A stretch of DNA of 63,215 nucleotides, filler included, from Chiloscyllium plagiosum (GCF_004010195.1; 5 parts of one record of this genome joined end to end with filler, not necessarily neighbours in it), one strand, 5' to 3'. Positions 22,885-35,773 are shown, numbered from the whole stretch's first letter. Made by a program: numbers and translations. The notes: generated by a model not told the origin, from the sequence alone.

Positions 22885-24250
22885 TTTACTTCATTAACAG
22901 GACGTGGGCATCACTCAATGGACCATCATTCATTGCACAACTCCAGTTACCATTGAGAACATGGCAGTTTGCTGCCTTTTTGAACTAGGAGAAAGTGAGG
23001 GCTGCAGATGCTGGAGATCAGAGCTTAAAAATGTGTTGCTGGAAAAGCGCAGCAGGTCAGGCAGCATCAAAGGAGAAGGAGAATCGACGTTTCAGGCATA
23101 AACCCTTCTTCAGGAATGAGGAGGGTGTGCCAAGCTGGCTAAGATAAAAGGTAGGGAGGAGGGACTTGGGGGAGGGGCGTTGNNNNNNNNNNNNNNNNNN
23201 NNNNNNNNNNNNNNNNNNNNNNNNNNNNNNNNNNNNNNNNNNNNNNNNNNNNNNNNNNNNNNNNNNNNNNNNNNNNNNNNNNNNNNNNNNNNNNNNNNNN
23301 NNNNNNNNNNNNNNNNNNNNNNNNNNNNNNNNNNNNNNNNNNNNNNNNNNNNNNNNNNNNNNNNNNNNNNNNNNNNNNNNNNNNNNNNNNNNNNNNNNNN
23401 NNNNNNNNNNNNNNNNNNNNNNNNNNNNNNNNNNNNNNNNNNNNNNNNNNNNNNNNNNNNNNNNNNNNNNNNNNNNNNNNNNNNNNNNNNNNNNNTTGCG
23501 GTTGCAGGGGAAGGTGCCGGGAGTGGAGGTTGGGTTGGTGGGGGGTGTGGACCTGACAAGGGAGTCAAGGAGGGAGTGATCTTTCCGGAACGCTGATAGG
23601 GGAGGGGAGGGAAATATATCCCTGGTGGTGGGGTCCGTTTGGAGGTGGCGGAAATGACGAAGGATGATCCGATGTATCAGGAGGTTGGTGGGGTGGTAGG
23701 TGAGGACTAGTGGGGTTCTGTCCTGGTGGCGATTGGAGGGGCGGGGTTCAAGGGCGGAGGAGCGAACTGTTACAGTTCACATGCTGTCGGTAGGCTCACA
23801 ATATCATTAGGGAGTAAATTCCAGGGTTTTGACAGAGCAACAGTGAAGGAATGGCGATATATTTCCAATTCAGGATGGTGAGTGACATGAAAGGAAACTT
23901 GCAGTCTATGATATTCCCATGAATCTGCCGTCCTTGACATTCAATATGGCAGTGGTCATGGATTTGGAAAGTCTTATCCAAAAGGCCTTGGTGAATATCT
24001 TGTAGATAGTGCACAGTGCTGATATTCAGCATCAGCGACAGAGGGACTGAATGCTTGTGGACAAAGAAGCTGCCTTGTCCTGGATGGTGTCAAGCTTCTT
24101 GAGTGTAGTTGGAGCTGTACCCATCCAGGCAAGTGAGGAGTATTTCATCACAATCCTGACTGTGCTTTACAGATTGTTGACATTCTGGGGAGTCAGGAAG
24201 TGATTTACTCACTGTGGTATCCCAAGCCTCTGACTTGGTCTTGTAACCAT
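22885..24250 (-). mobile_element. 3' fragment of the second CR1-clade family, split by a Penelope insertion
   Basis: About 22885-22985 and 23765-24250 match the reverse complement of about 15560-16200. Confidence 0.7.
22988..23764 (-). mobile_element. Penelope-like element 3' part with pLTR hammerhead (interrupted by N gap)
   Basis: Minus-strand core CCTGAAGAAGGGTTTATGCCTGAAACGTCG at about 23085-23114; 23500-23760 encodes Penelope RT-to-GIY linker (RTPLVLTYHPTNL...IFPSPPLSAFRKDHSL). Confidence 0.8.
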
Positions 24251-25227
24251 GGCACGTACTAGAATAATGTCAGGGATAGGGAACTTCAATGATGTGGAGA
24301 GGGCTACTTCACACCTTATTTAAACAAGTAATATATCCAACCCAAAGCAGAAAGGTGTAGAACCTTCCTTGCAAGATCATTGTAGTAGCAATCCAAATGA
24401 ATGGGATAAATTTATGCTAGTGTGTTAAGCAATGCATAAGCATATATTTTTCAACTGAATATTTAAAAAGGGCCCTCAGAAATGCAAGTTGTTGCAACAC
24501 TGCTAAAAATATATATTAACTTACCTTATATGAAAACTACAATCTAATAAATGCTTCACTATTCTAAATTCTCACCTGTCAGTGGAGTGTTCAAACTGGG
24601 GCTAAACCCACACCTTGCTAATAAGATGCAACCTCTCTTTTCCTCCTTCCCCAATGTAGAAGGTTTTGTTGCTTATTGAAGCTGTACTAGGGCACTGACT
24701 CCATGAAAAGACTCCTGAAACACCTATCGAAGGGTAATCTGAAATGTGGTGTGCATCTGTGCAAGTGATACAGTTAATAGATCTCAGTGAGATTTCCCTC
24801 ATGCTGTTTGCTTGTAAATAAATTGGAAAGGATAGGGCATGTGAATATTGTTTCATGAACATTTTTTCACTATAAACAGAGAATTTATTAATAAAAAAGC
24901 TGCTTTCCATCTTGCATCCTTCTTCACAGTCTGAAACATTTATTTTTATTGATATCTTTCAGTATTAACTCCATTGCTGTTTTATATAGACGATTGAAGT
25001 AACAGGCTTTTTTTTGGATTGCATAGGCACAGTTCACGGCCCCATCTCACCTGTAAACCTCAGAGTATTTGAAGCTTTGTTGACCTATGATAACCTATGT
25101 GGAGACTAGACTGCATATACAATTGGAGAGCTCAGGTAATGTTGTTTGGTATCGATAACTGCCAAAAAATCCAGTTGAAAGTAGGAGAGGCTGATCTCCA
25201 GTGTGACGATACTATTGCTTTAAGAGG

Positions 25228-26006
25228 TTATTATGTCCTTTTTTTAAAGACAGGTTTTAAAACAGGTGTCAAAAAGTGTGGCACTGGAAAAGCACAGCAG
25301 GTCAGGCAGCATCTGAGGTGCAGGAGAGTCAATGTTTCAGGCATTATTCTAGTGTTTTAGACGCTGATCTCCAGCGTCTACAGTCCTCACTTTCTCTTTT
25401 AAGACAGATATGCTGAGCTGTCTATCTGAAAAGCCAATAAAATAAACAACTTGTGAGGCATTGGGTTTTTTTAAATAAAAGTTAGAATAATACAAGCAGC
25501 TTGAATGGGTGGGGTCAAGCTCCCATAGAACCAGGATTTTTGATTTGTTAGTTTCTTCAGTAGCAGTTGTTGCTGGGGTCTCAACAGGGTTTGGAAGCTG
25601 CAGTACATCTCTCCCTGATTTACTCTCCTCCCTCAGTTTCAGCTAAAAGCTGGGAGTTCTCTTCCTGCTGCTGGAATTGCATGTGAGACAATCTGTTTTC
25701 TGAAATTGCCTTTTGCCAAAAGCTTCTTTATGGGCTAATACTACTTTGGAGTTACAATTTAGTAGTCAACTAATTCATTATTCTGTTATGTTTTCTAATA
25801 CAGTTCTATTCCAATGTTTAATTTTTTTTTCTTTTATTGCATTTTAACTATAGTGTATGAATAAATTATGTTTTGCTTAACATTGAATAGTTTGACCAAT
25901 TCACTTGCATCCAGAAGCAACACCTTACGTTTACTTTTAAAATAAGTTTAAAAAAATTAGAGTCTATGCTACCTTCTTAGTATATTTTGAGGTCTGGTCC
26001 ATAAGA
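25228..26006 (+). mobile_element. Putative solo LTR, interrupted by a Penelope pLTR fragment (about 25263-25398)
   Basis: LTR-like layout (CCAAT/GGGTGGGG upstream, AATAAA at about 25859, degenerate ccataa(g)a end); termini are imperfect. Confidence 0.4.
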
Positions 26007-27199
26007 TCAAAAATGTAGTCACTCCAAATTTTCTTTTGTCATGTTTAAAAGAAATAGCAAACTGTGTTAAACTTTAGTTCCAGTCTCATTTTACTTAAAC
26101 ACATTAGATATTTAACTTGATTAAAATGTGTTTCTGTCAGCTGAGAAATTACGGTTTATGAAACACTCCTTCCTGTTTTCCCAGTGTAAGCTTGCTGTCA
26201 GATTGTGTGAGACCTTTGAATTGGACCTACAGCTGAAGTGTGACACCAAATGAGGGAACCATTTCAGTTGCCTATTCCCTGCACTTATGGCAAACTGTAT
26301 TTCCCAATACCAAGCCCATGAGTACATTTAAGTTTGGGATTCTGAACATTTTTTTTCTGGCTTTTGGACTTTGTCCAGCTATGGGGAAACCAGAACTCTA
26401 TGTTGATCTGTTATTTATGCACACCATTGTTGCTGGACCAGGCCCATGGGTTGCACCATCCCCCTTGTGCACCCATGCTCCATTCGTCAGCCCAGATTAC
26501 AATATAGTGTTGGGGAGTAAGGGAAACCAATGTGTCTAGAATTATTAGCACAATGTGGATATGAAACAGATCACAATTTCAAGACTGGGGATTGTGATTC
26601 TTATATGCGATCCATGTCCAATATTGGAAATTGAAAGGCAATGGGAAAAATGAGACACTTTCTTTTAGCTGGTATAACTGGGTGTTTCCAAATTTTCTGT
26701 ATTTAAAGGACGCAGTCAGGGTGTTCCCATAATGACAGTAGTATTTACAATGTCTTAATGTATGATCTCACTCAGCATTGAGAACATTATGGAGATTATT
26801 TTCTATTATTTGTTAATGGAACACAAACTGCTAACAATAGGTGCTTTTTAGTGTCTACCTTATTTCTTATTGTGCAATCACCTATTCTTTCTACATATTT
26901 GCAAAGGATGCATAACATTTGCATTTGATCCAATTTCACATTATACCCACCATCTGGGGATGAATCTAACAGGAGATTTTTTTCCATCTTTAGCATTGTG
27001 TCTCTTTGAAATTCCTTAACATACTTCGAGGTGCAACATTCCATAACCTCTCTCAAAGCTGTGTTCAATTAACACAGGAATTTTCCAAACAGTCACTGAA
27101 TTGCATTCTCAGTTACCTTTGGCTTGTACATTCTTCTTTCAAAAAAGCCTGCCTTACTTAAAAGTCTAATAAGGAGTTAAGCAATGCAGGGCCATGATC

Positions 27200-27880
27200 T
27201 GTGGTCATGGCAAAATGAATCACAAACGGTAAGTTTGCAGGTACAGCAAATAATCAGGAAAGCCAATTGAATGTTATGTTCTATTGCAAGGAGAACTGAA
27301 TGCAAGAGTAGTAAAGTTATGCTTCAATTGTATATTGCACTAGTGAAACAAGATCTGGAGGACTGCGTCTAATAATGGTCACTGTGCTTAGGGAAAGTTG
27401 TTAATGCATTGGAAGCAATTCAGAGAAGGTTTACTAAATTAATACCTAGAATGAGTAGATTACCTTATGAGGAATGGCTAGGCATGACAGACATGTATTC
27501 GGAGTTTAGAAGAGTCAGGGGTAATTTTATTGAAATGTATAGGATCCTAAGTTGACAGGACTGGGTGAGATGTGGGAGAATCTAAAACTAGGGATCTCAG
27601 TTTAAAAGCAAAGTGCTGCAAATGTAAACAGAGATGAGCAAACATGTTTCCTCTCAGTGGGTTGAGAGTCTTCGAAATTCCCTTCCTGAAAAGGCAGTGG
27701 CTGCAGATACTTTAAATATTTTTAAGGTTTAATTAGCTAGATTAACAGGGATTGAAAGATTATTGGGAGTATGCAGGAACGTAGAGTCGAGGTTAAAATC
27801 AAATCAGCCACAATCACATTAAATGGTGGTTCAAGGGCCAAGTGGCCTATTGTCATTCCTTGCTCCAATGTTCATGATTT
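27200..27880 (+). mobile_element. CR1 3' fragment
   Basis: Degenerate MLQLYIALVK.DLE.CV..W, LEAIQRRFTKLIP, and the typical CR1 3' UTR (aatcagccacaatc...aagtggcctatt). Confidence 0.8.
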
Positions 27881-29177
27881 CTCCTGTCTCTGTCTCTCAG
27901 GAACTCACATTTGTTCTCAGTGATTTTCCCCTTTTTATCGACCTGCAGAAACCTTTACTATCTGTTTTGTGTCACTAACTATGTTATTCTCTTTTGTCCC
28001 TCATTATCAATTGCTTGATTATCATTTGCTGGATTTTAAAATCCCCCCGTTCTCTTCTACAATCACTGATGAACGTAAATACCAATCAAGAAAGCCTCAT
28101 CTAAAAAAATCGTCAAAATTTTTGACTTGGTGTATGCAAAGTTCACTGTTCAATTTACAAGGCACTCATCCTCTGAGCATCAGTCAGCCTCATCCATCAT
28201 CAAAACACTCACTGTGCGAAATGAGATGTAATCCTAACTGTCCTCTCCCATACTGAAGGATGAACAAAACAAGCAGTGGTAAGATATGCTACCAACAGTC
28301 AGGCTGAAAAAATGAGACAATTCCTCATCCTGTACAAGATGTTAAACCATGCCTTATGAAAGAGAGGGAGGTCAATTCAAAAGGAAATTGGTTAATTTCT
28401 TTCATATAGCTATTAGTTGTTACAGGGTTTGGGAGTTCAATGGTTGTAGTACACAACGTGGCATAAAGAGAAATGGAGAAAATTTCATACACCACCTTGG
28501 CCAAGCAGCTTATTTCCTCCCTCTCTAAGCACCATGTGCTGAAAGGGCACTAGGAATCATGGACCTCTGTGCTGGCCTAATGTTATCCTTGGTGAGATAT
28601 TGCAGTGAGTTGTCGTGTCTTCTGCAATTGGCTGACCAGGAATCTGTCCCACTCTGTCCAGTCACCTTGGCCTACAGGGAAGGATTTATGAGTTAATGGT
28701 CCACTTGTCTGGCCACATCACAAATACATCTTCCTTGTCCATCAAGTCTTGGACAGAAACACTAATGAAACGAGCCTCGGGGCTTAACACAGGGATTTTA
28801 CAATGACACCACAAGACCTCCACAGTTTATTTAAAGAATTTGAATGAGACTGTTTGTAGTTCTCAGAGTGTCAAGGTTAAAACTTAATGCAAACAAGGAG
28901 GCTGTGGGATTGCTGGTAAGGCAGAGAGATGTGGCTGGAATTGTGAGGGATTGATGATGAAGTTGGGGAAATTAATGGGACAGAGTCAACATTTTGCACG
29001 TTCACGCAGTATGAAAATATAGGTAATCAACTACAATAGCACTAATGCCTCTGAGATGAGAAGTAACATGTTTAACCATTTCTAAAGAGACTCATGTACA
29101 TAATCCATGCTGACAATTCTGCACTGTATTGAGAGAGTGTTGCGATGTTGGAGATGCTGTCTTATACAAGACAAATG

Positions 29178-29520
29178 GGGTGGCATGGTGGCTCAGTGGT
29201 TAGCACTGCTGCTTCACAGCACTAGGGGCTCAGGTTCAATTCCACCTGTGAGCGACTGTCTTTGTGGAGGTTTCATATTTACACTATGTCTCTGTGGGTT
29301 TATTCTGGATGCTCCAGTTTCCTCCCACAGTCCAAAGATGTGCAGGTTAGGTGTATTGGCCAAGTTAAATTGCCCACAGTGTCCACAGGGATGTGCAGGC
29401 TAGATAGGTTAGCATAGGAAATTCAAGGTTACAGGAATGGGGTGGGATGCTTTTTGGAGGGACAGTGTGGGCTCAATGGGCTGAATGGCCTGCTTCCACA
29501 CTGCAGGACTTCTATGATTC
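29178..29520 (+). mobile_element. HE1-type V-SINE
   Basis: GGCATGGTGGCTCAGTGGTTAGCACTGCTGCTTCACAGC head, TTTCCTCCCACAGTCCAAAGATGTGCAGGTTAGG core, CR1-like tail. Confidence 0.85.
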
Positions 29521-29682
29521 TAACAAGTAAAGTTTATTGGTACCCTGATCATTATTTATCCTTTGTGAAGATCCCTTTTGTTATACTGCTCGAGGACACT
29601 TTGAATGGCTTTTCTCATTTGACCACAATGATTTGAAAATTATATATTTTTCAATTTGGTGAGTAACTAGCTGTTTACTCAC

Positions 29683-30621
29683 TGTGATCATGAAGGAATA
29701 TATAGGTTTTCTTGAGTTTAATAAAGAAAAGAGGTTTATTTGTTACATCAAAACAAATCTAAGTGAAATAATAAACGGATGCAATTTTCCTGCACACATT
29801 CAAAGTTCACACACAAACAACTACAATTTACAGGATAGGCTGGCCAAATTAGAGTCGCTGAAATAAGTAAAAAGAAAATGCAAGTGTGTAATTCAGTGAC
29901 TCAAATGGCATCAGGCCAAATTCGATGGTCTCAGGGCTTTCAGTTGAAAAGTGTAAATAATGAATTTGTTCTTTTCTGGGAGAGGTTAGCGCTGGGTTGA
30001 ATGCTTAAAAGCAAACCCCACCTGCAGCATGGTGATCATATTCAGCAAAAAGAAATAAAGCTTACCAGGTTGGTTGGAGAGAACGAGGGAGGGAGGGAGG
30101 CTGGAGTGCCACTCCCCAAACCATTCCCCCCCTGCCATCCCTCACTTGGGACCTTCTCTCTAACTTGCTTGTCTTCAGTTCTGCTGAGAAAACATGCTGA
30201 AAGCACGAAAAGGATTGCTTTGTCATGTGATATGCCTTCTTCAAAATCCAGGGCTATCTAAATAAGATCTTTGTCTGCCCATTCCCAGGGTGACTTGGTT
30301 AGCATGAGTCTTGAAAGCTACCTTATTCAGAGTCCCATTGTCAAACTGATTAGTCATAATGGACTATCTCAAATAGGTGAATACATCATCTGCCAGTGGG
30401 ACAAGAGAAGTGAGTCCTGCACACTCCCCTGAGGCCATACCATTGATGAGTTTTGCAAACAGACTTTCTCCGGTCAAATAAATAGGAGTGGAGAACATAT
30501 AGGCATATAAATTGGTGTAACTATATCTGGCTATATCCTCAATTCATCTTTATGTTTCCATAAAGTCTGTTTTTAAAAAGCTCAGAATAAAAATCATTGT
30601 CTGACATAAGCACTTCTTGAC
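29683..30621 (-). mobile_element. Putative solo LTR
   Basis: Segment bounded by TGTGA...TTGACA (TG..CA) sitting between the two halves of a Deu-type SINE; TTTATT near the left end. Confidence 0.35.
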
Positions 30622-31649
30622 ACCTTAAAGAACAAAGAAAATCAACAAATATTTATATTTTGTGGACATTGTGAGTATATTGATTGCCAAGTTTCTCCAT
30701 AGTGAAGCAGGGACTATATTTAAAAATTAATTGTTTGGATATGAAGCAACTTGGGGCGGTCTGAATTAATGAGAGGCGATATATAAATGTAGATTGTTTC
30801 TCCAAATAAGCCCCAACTTTGCAATCAGAGGTGGGGTGGGAGTATCACGCTGAAACATAGGAGGCCCCTGTTTGAGCCCGTGGAAAGGTAAGTTGTTGGA
30901 GCAAAATGCGTTGCCTTTCTTAATATATCTTCATGGAAGTGAGGACAGGCAACACAAACACATAGTGCAAGAAGTGGAACTTTGTTTCATCCCATGGGGC
31001 TTAGAATTAATTCTCCCAAAGTTAAAGAAGTCATTTGGTTCGATCCCAAGGAAACGACTCACTTGTTAAAAAGACCTTTCCACTCGCTTCAATGTTAGTT
31101 TCTTGTACCATGCAGAATTCACATGCCCAGTTATTTGAAGGTCAGTGTTGAATAAAGTACATTGTGGATCTCTCAAAACACACTCACCTGCAATACTGCT
31201 TCGCATTTCACTGAACCAGGACAGTGAATTCAGCTGAGAACAAAGCAGGCTACTGTGTTCTACATCGAATCAGTACAATTTACAGAGCATGTCAGCTGAC
31301 ACATGGATAGCATTACCATCATTATTCTGTACAATACTTCTGGTATCTGGGCAGATGAGTTGTGGAAAATTCACACACAAGCAATTTGTCTGCTTGTTAG
31401 GGCCCATCAGACTGAGTACAGCCCTCATGCTAGCTGAAAGCTTGAAATGTAAACAGTTCTCGTAAAGGCAAAAGTGATTGCATTATGCAAGTGCATTACG
31501 TCAGTGCTTACGTTCTCTGACTCTCCTCTTTCCTTCAGGCTGTGCTGTGTGCAATGGCACAGCTCCACAGGTTGCAAGCTTCACTAAAGTGCGCAATCTT
31601 AGTGTCACTGATCGGAGTGGGGAGGGAAATATATCCTGTCCTTACCTCC

Positions 31650-32070
31650 AATACTTTAGTCAGGCATCACCACATCAGAAACAGGAACTGTTTCCAGTTT
31701 ATTTCCCTCTCTGATTCACCAGTGTCGACGTCAGTTGTGGTGTCAATTCAGGTAATACCAAGACATTGGGCCTAGCATATTTCGACATGGTCTCTAAATT
31801 TTACCAACGTGCCCCATAATTCTTATTGCTCGTTTGGTTTCTCGGCTTGCCTGGATATCCTGAACATGGGGGTGACCATTCCCACATGGTTAATGCACTG
31901 AACAGACCACTGCGTCAGAATGTCTCTTGCTTGTCTTCTAGAGTGCGTTCTCTACTCATGATGGAACAAGGGCGGCCTCATATGTGTTAAGAAGAGCTTC
32001 TTGAAGAAGATCAGATTTGACCTCAACAAATGTGGAGCGTGAGCACTGGACCACCAGAAATACTATGAAT
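31650..32070 (+). mobile_element. Very decayed RTE-clade LINE 3' fragment
   Basis: Degenerate similarity to the RTE C-terminus (H..RM...R.P....Y......R..G....LK......D...W...A.D); frameshifted throughout. Confidence 0.35.
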
Positions 32071-32469
32071 GAATTTGCCCGTGTGTCCTACAATACTAAA
32101 GTGGTCAAATCAATACAACCACAAGCCAGTAGCAATAGAGTACAGCCCCAACTTGATTAAGAACAAAATTATAATCATTTTTAATACTAAACTGATCTTT
32201 AATACAACGGCCCCTCAACATTACAATACTTCCTGAGTCTCCTGTAGATTTATACAGTCACTCTCTCCTTGGCTCTGTTTTTGGGTCTGAAAAGCTGCTT
32301 TTTCCCTCTGTCTCCCTTGACGATCAACTAGTCCTCAGTGCCTCAGACAATTCCAGGGATTTCCAAGACTGAGGCCTGCAGGTGAATCCTGTTTCTATAT
32401 CTTTTAGATGGTTTTCTGGAACTTTCCGTAGTTCTGGTTAATCAAGGAGGTACGCATAATAGCTTGAAA

Positions 32470-34350
32470 CTAGAGTCAAAAAGTGTGGTGCTGGAAAAAC
32501 ACAGCCGGTCAGGAAGCATCCAAGTAGCCGGAGAGTCAACGTTTCAGGCATAAGCTCTTCATCAGGAATCTGGGGCGGGAGAAGTTCAAGTGCTGCGTTG
32601 GAGAGTTGGATCTGGGATGAGATGGAGGGAGGAGAGATGAGGAAACTGGTGAAATCCACATTGATCCCAAGTGGTTGGAAGGTCCCAAGGTGGAAGATGA
32701 GGTGTTCTTCCTCCAGGCATCGGGTGGCTTGGATTTGGTGGTGCAAGAAGCCCATGACTTGCCTGTTCTTGGCGGAGTAGAAGGGAGAGTAGAAGTGGTC
32801 GGCCACAGGGCGGTGAGGATGTTTGGTGCGTGTGTTCCAGAGATATTTCCCAAAATGTTCTGCAATTTGGTGTCCTGTCTCCCCAGTGTAGGGGAGACCC
32901 CATCGAGATCAGTGGACATGGTAGATGAGGTGTTTGGAGGTACAGAAAAATATCTGCTGGATGTGGAAGGATCCTTTAGGACCTTGAATGGAGGTGAGGG
33001 GTGAGGTGTGGGCGCAGGTTTTACACCGCTTGAAGTGGCAAGGGAAGGTGCCAGGGATGGAGGGTGGATTGGATGGGTGGGGGGGATGGGCGTGGACCTA
33101 ATGAGGGTGTCACTAGGGGATTGGTCTCTGCAGGATGCTGATCGGAGTGGGGAGGGAAATATATCTCTGATGGTAGGGTCTGATTGTAGGTGGCGGAAAT
33201 GTTGGAGAATGATGTGTTGTATCTGGAGAGTGGAGGGGTGAAAGGTGAGGACGGAGTGGGTTCTGTTTTTGTTGCAATTGGAGAGATGGGGTTCAAGGGC
33301 AGAGGTGCGGGAAGTAGAAGAGATGCACTGGAGGGCATCATTGACCACATGGGAGAGGAAGTGGTCCTTGAAGGAGGAAGTCATCTGGGATGTACTGGAG
33401 TGGAATTGTTCCTCCTGGGAGCAGATACAGTGGAGGTGGAGGAATTGGCGATAAGGGTAACCTTTCTACCAAGGGGAAAGTGAGGACTGCAGATGCTGGA
33501 GATCAGAGCTGAAAAATGTGTTGCTGGAAAAGCGCAGCAGGTCAGGCAGCATCCAAGGAGCAGGAGAATTGACATTTCGGGCATAAGCCATTCTTCAGGC
33601 CCGAAACGTCGATTCTCCTGCTCCTTGGATGCTGCCTGACCTGTTGCGCTTTTCCAGCAACACATTTTTCAGCTTTCTACCGAGGGGCAGTAGTCCAGGT
33701 AGCTGTCAGAGTCGGTGGCTTTGTAGTGGATGTCCGTGTTGAGTCGGATGCCGCAAATGGAGATTCAGAGATCCAGGATGGGGAGGGAGGTTTCTAAGAT
33801 GGTCCAGGTGAGCTTGAGGTCACGGTAGAAGGTATTCGTGAAGTTGATGAACTGTTCAACCTTCTCATGGGAGCACAGCAATGTAGCAGAGGAAAAGGTG
33901 GGGAATGGTGTCGGTGTAACTGCAGAAGATAGACTGTTCCACGTATCTGACAAAGAGGCAGGCATAGCTGGGGCCCATACAGATGTCCAGGGCTACCCCT
34001 TTGGTCTGAAGGAAGTAGACGGATTCGAAGGAGACGTTGTTGAGGTGAGGACCAGTTAAGTCAATCGAATGAGTGTGTCAGTGGAGGGGTACTGGACGGG
34101 GGGGGCAACCACACAGGATCAATGTGGATTTCACCAGTTTCCTCATCTCCCCTGCCCCCACCTTATCCCAGTTCCAATCCTCCAACTCAGCACCACCCTC
34201 TTGAACTGTCCTACCTGTGCATCTTCCTGCCCACCTATCTGCTCCAAACTCGGCTCTGACCTATCACCATCTCCCCCCCGCCCCCCCTATTTATCTCTTA
34301 GCCCCCTTGGGTCCTCTCCCTCCCCCGACAACGTTCCTAATGAAGGGCTT
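32470..34350 (-). mobile_element. Penelope-like element (RT C-half, GIY-YIG, pLTR) with a short inverted 3' copy at about 34105-34350
   Basis: Encodes GQLSLPLC/EQFINFTNTF..LKLTWTI..LPILDL, HFYSPFYSAKNRQVMGFLHHQIQATRCLEEEHLIFHLGTFQPLGINVDF. Minus-strand hammerhead core CTGATGAAGAGCTTATGCCTGAAACGTTG at about 32537-32565. Confidence 0.85.
33477..33672. mobile_element. Miniature palindromic Penelope pLTR element nested in a Penelope element
   Basis: Inverted arms; TSD ctttctacc(a/g)agggg at 33462-33476 and 33673-33687. Confidence 0.85.
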
Positions 34351-34662
34351 ATGTCTGGTGTGCAGGTTTTGTGATTTCAGAGTTTCACTTAGCCAATGTA
34401 CCTAGCATCCCTTGCTGTTTGGCCAAGTTAGCAATCTAATCTGTGTTTTAGCAACCATGAGGCTGCTACAATCTACAATGGTGAGCCCTGCTCCACCACA
34501 GTATAAGTAGCTTTGAAACAAAACATATAATGAAGACTCAAGATGAGCCAAAAGAAACCTCAAGCTCAACGAGTTGACCTTCTCTAAAGATATATTTGTT
34601 ATTCATAGATGAAACATGACAGAGTTCATGGGTGTATTGAGTTGTGGCTCCATTCTCGTTAA

Positions 34663-34906
34663 TTTTTTTTCAAGATTCCCAACAATGTGGAAAGAGGCCC
34701 TTCGGCCCAACTAGTCCACACTGACCTCTGAAGAGTAACCCACCCAGACCCATTTCTCATATTTACCTCTAACTACACTGCACCTAACACGCAGACACAG
34801 GGAGAATATGCAAACTCCACATAGACAGTCGCCCGAGGCTGGAATCGAACCCGGGTCCCTGGCTCTGTGAGGCAGCAGTGCTAATGACTGAGCCATCGTG
34901 CCCCCC
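34663..34906 (-). mobile_element. HE1-type V-SINE (internally deleted), 3' partner of a 5S-SINE chimera
   Basis: Head GGCACGATGGCTCAGTCATTAGCACTGCTGCCTCACAGAGCCAGGGACCCGGGTTCGATTCC, CR1-like tail, A-rich end (tttttttt at 34663-34670). Confidence 0.85.
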
Positions 34907-34907
34907 T

Positions 34908-35027
34908 AAGCCTACTGCACCTGGTATTCCCAGGCAGAATCCCATCCTAGCACTAACCAGGCCTGAGTCTGCTTAGCTTCCAAGATCAGACGAAATCGGG
35001 CGTTTTCAAACTAGTATGGCCGTAGGC
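34908..35027 (-). pseudogene. Full-length (120 nt) 5S rRNA retrocopy
   Basis: Reverse complement: GCCTACGGCCATACTAGTTTGAAAACGCCCGATTTCGTCTGATCTTGGAAGCTAAGCAGACTCAGGCCTGGTTAGTGCTAGGATGGGATTCTGCCTGGGAATACCAGGTGCAGTAGGCTT. Box C region is mutated, the copy is solitary, and it has no oligo-T terminator. Confidence 0.9.
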
Positions 35028-35773
35028 ATCATTCTAGTTAACATTTGAATCAACCTGTTATGACACACAACTAAAGCAGATGGGACTTGAACTTGGACCT
35101 TCTAGCCCTGAGGTAAGGACACTACCACTGCACTCTTTGTAGCTCTATTTTATTCGCACTTAATAAAGCTAATTGTAACTGAACCCCATTAAATAAATTG
35201 CAGAACCTATAGACCCATCATCAGTCAAGTGACTATCTGACAACTAATTGCCAATGTGGACTCTGGATTTTGGAGAAGTTTTTGCTTCTGTATAATGTTT
35301 CTCCTTTGTCCTTATGTATCTGTTTCCATTTGTGCTGTCTTGCACTGACTTCAACCCTATCCTTTGCAGCCTCTCTTTTTCCCTCTGACATTTCTTTTTC
35401 TCTCTATCCGTCCCTCCCTCCATTCTAGGATTCCTTGGCAAGCTGCCAGTTTTTACATTTATAGCAGTAGTTTGGGATTGATGGGACTTATCAACAAGCA
35501 ATAATAAGCCATTAAAGATCATTGCAGATCTGAAGAGTTGTGTATTCAATCAGCAGTTCAAATCTGATGCAGCAAACAGAATCAAGTTTCCTTGGGTTTC
35601 AGGAGCCTGAAGTTGAGACGATCGTGTGGATCTTGCGACTGCACTTGTCAGCAGCCAGCCTCGCAGCACAATCCTCTGGGCAATAGTCTTCTGTAAAGGA
35701 CTGTGCTCAGGTTCCTGATACTGATGGTGCAATCAGAGGGTCAGTTATTCTGTAGCCTAGGCAATGTGGAGAG

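Larger units (their letters stand above)
29035..30802 (+). mobile_element. SacSINE1/Deu-type SINE split by later insertions (HE1 SINE and LTR-like segment)
   Basis: Head and GGAGATGCTGTCTT at about 29035-29165, middle (aagatccc) at about 29560-29610, 3' end (gaagcaacttgggg...gagaggcgatatataaatgtag) at about 30660-30802. Confidence 0.55.

Noticed and set aside
23110..23596. ORFs of 137-152 aa here, and the 392-aa ORF at 49235-50413
   Set aside because: They are open only because they run through N gaps.
28846..28892. GAG ACT GTT TGT (ETVC), resembling the SPP2 exon 3 RETxC motif
   Set aside because: In-frame stop 10 codons later, no second Cys and no suitable splice sites; a chance match.
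29178..29250. tRNA genes at SINE heads (also near 1100, 38720, 44560 and 54720)
   Set aside because: These are A/B-box-containing heads of HE1 SINEs, continuous with the SINE body, and not complete cloverleafs.
32536..33384. 282-aa Pro/Ser/Thr-rich ORF as a host mucin-like gene
   Set aside because: It is a frameshifted reading of a Penelope-like element's RT-GIY-YIG region.
34908..35027. Functional 5S rRNA gene
   Set aside because: Solitary, mutated box C region, no oligo-T terminator, and embedded in a TSD-flanked retro-insertion.
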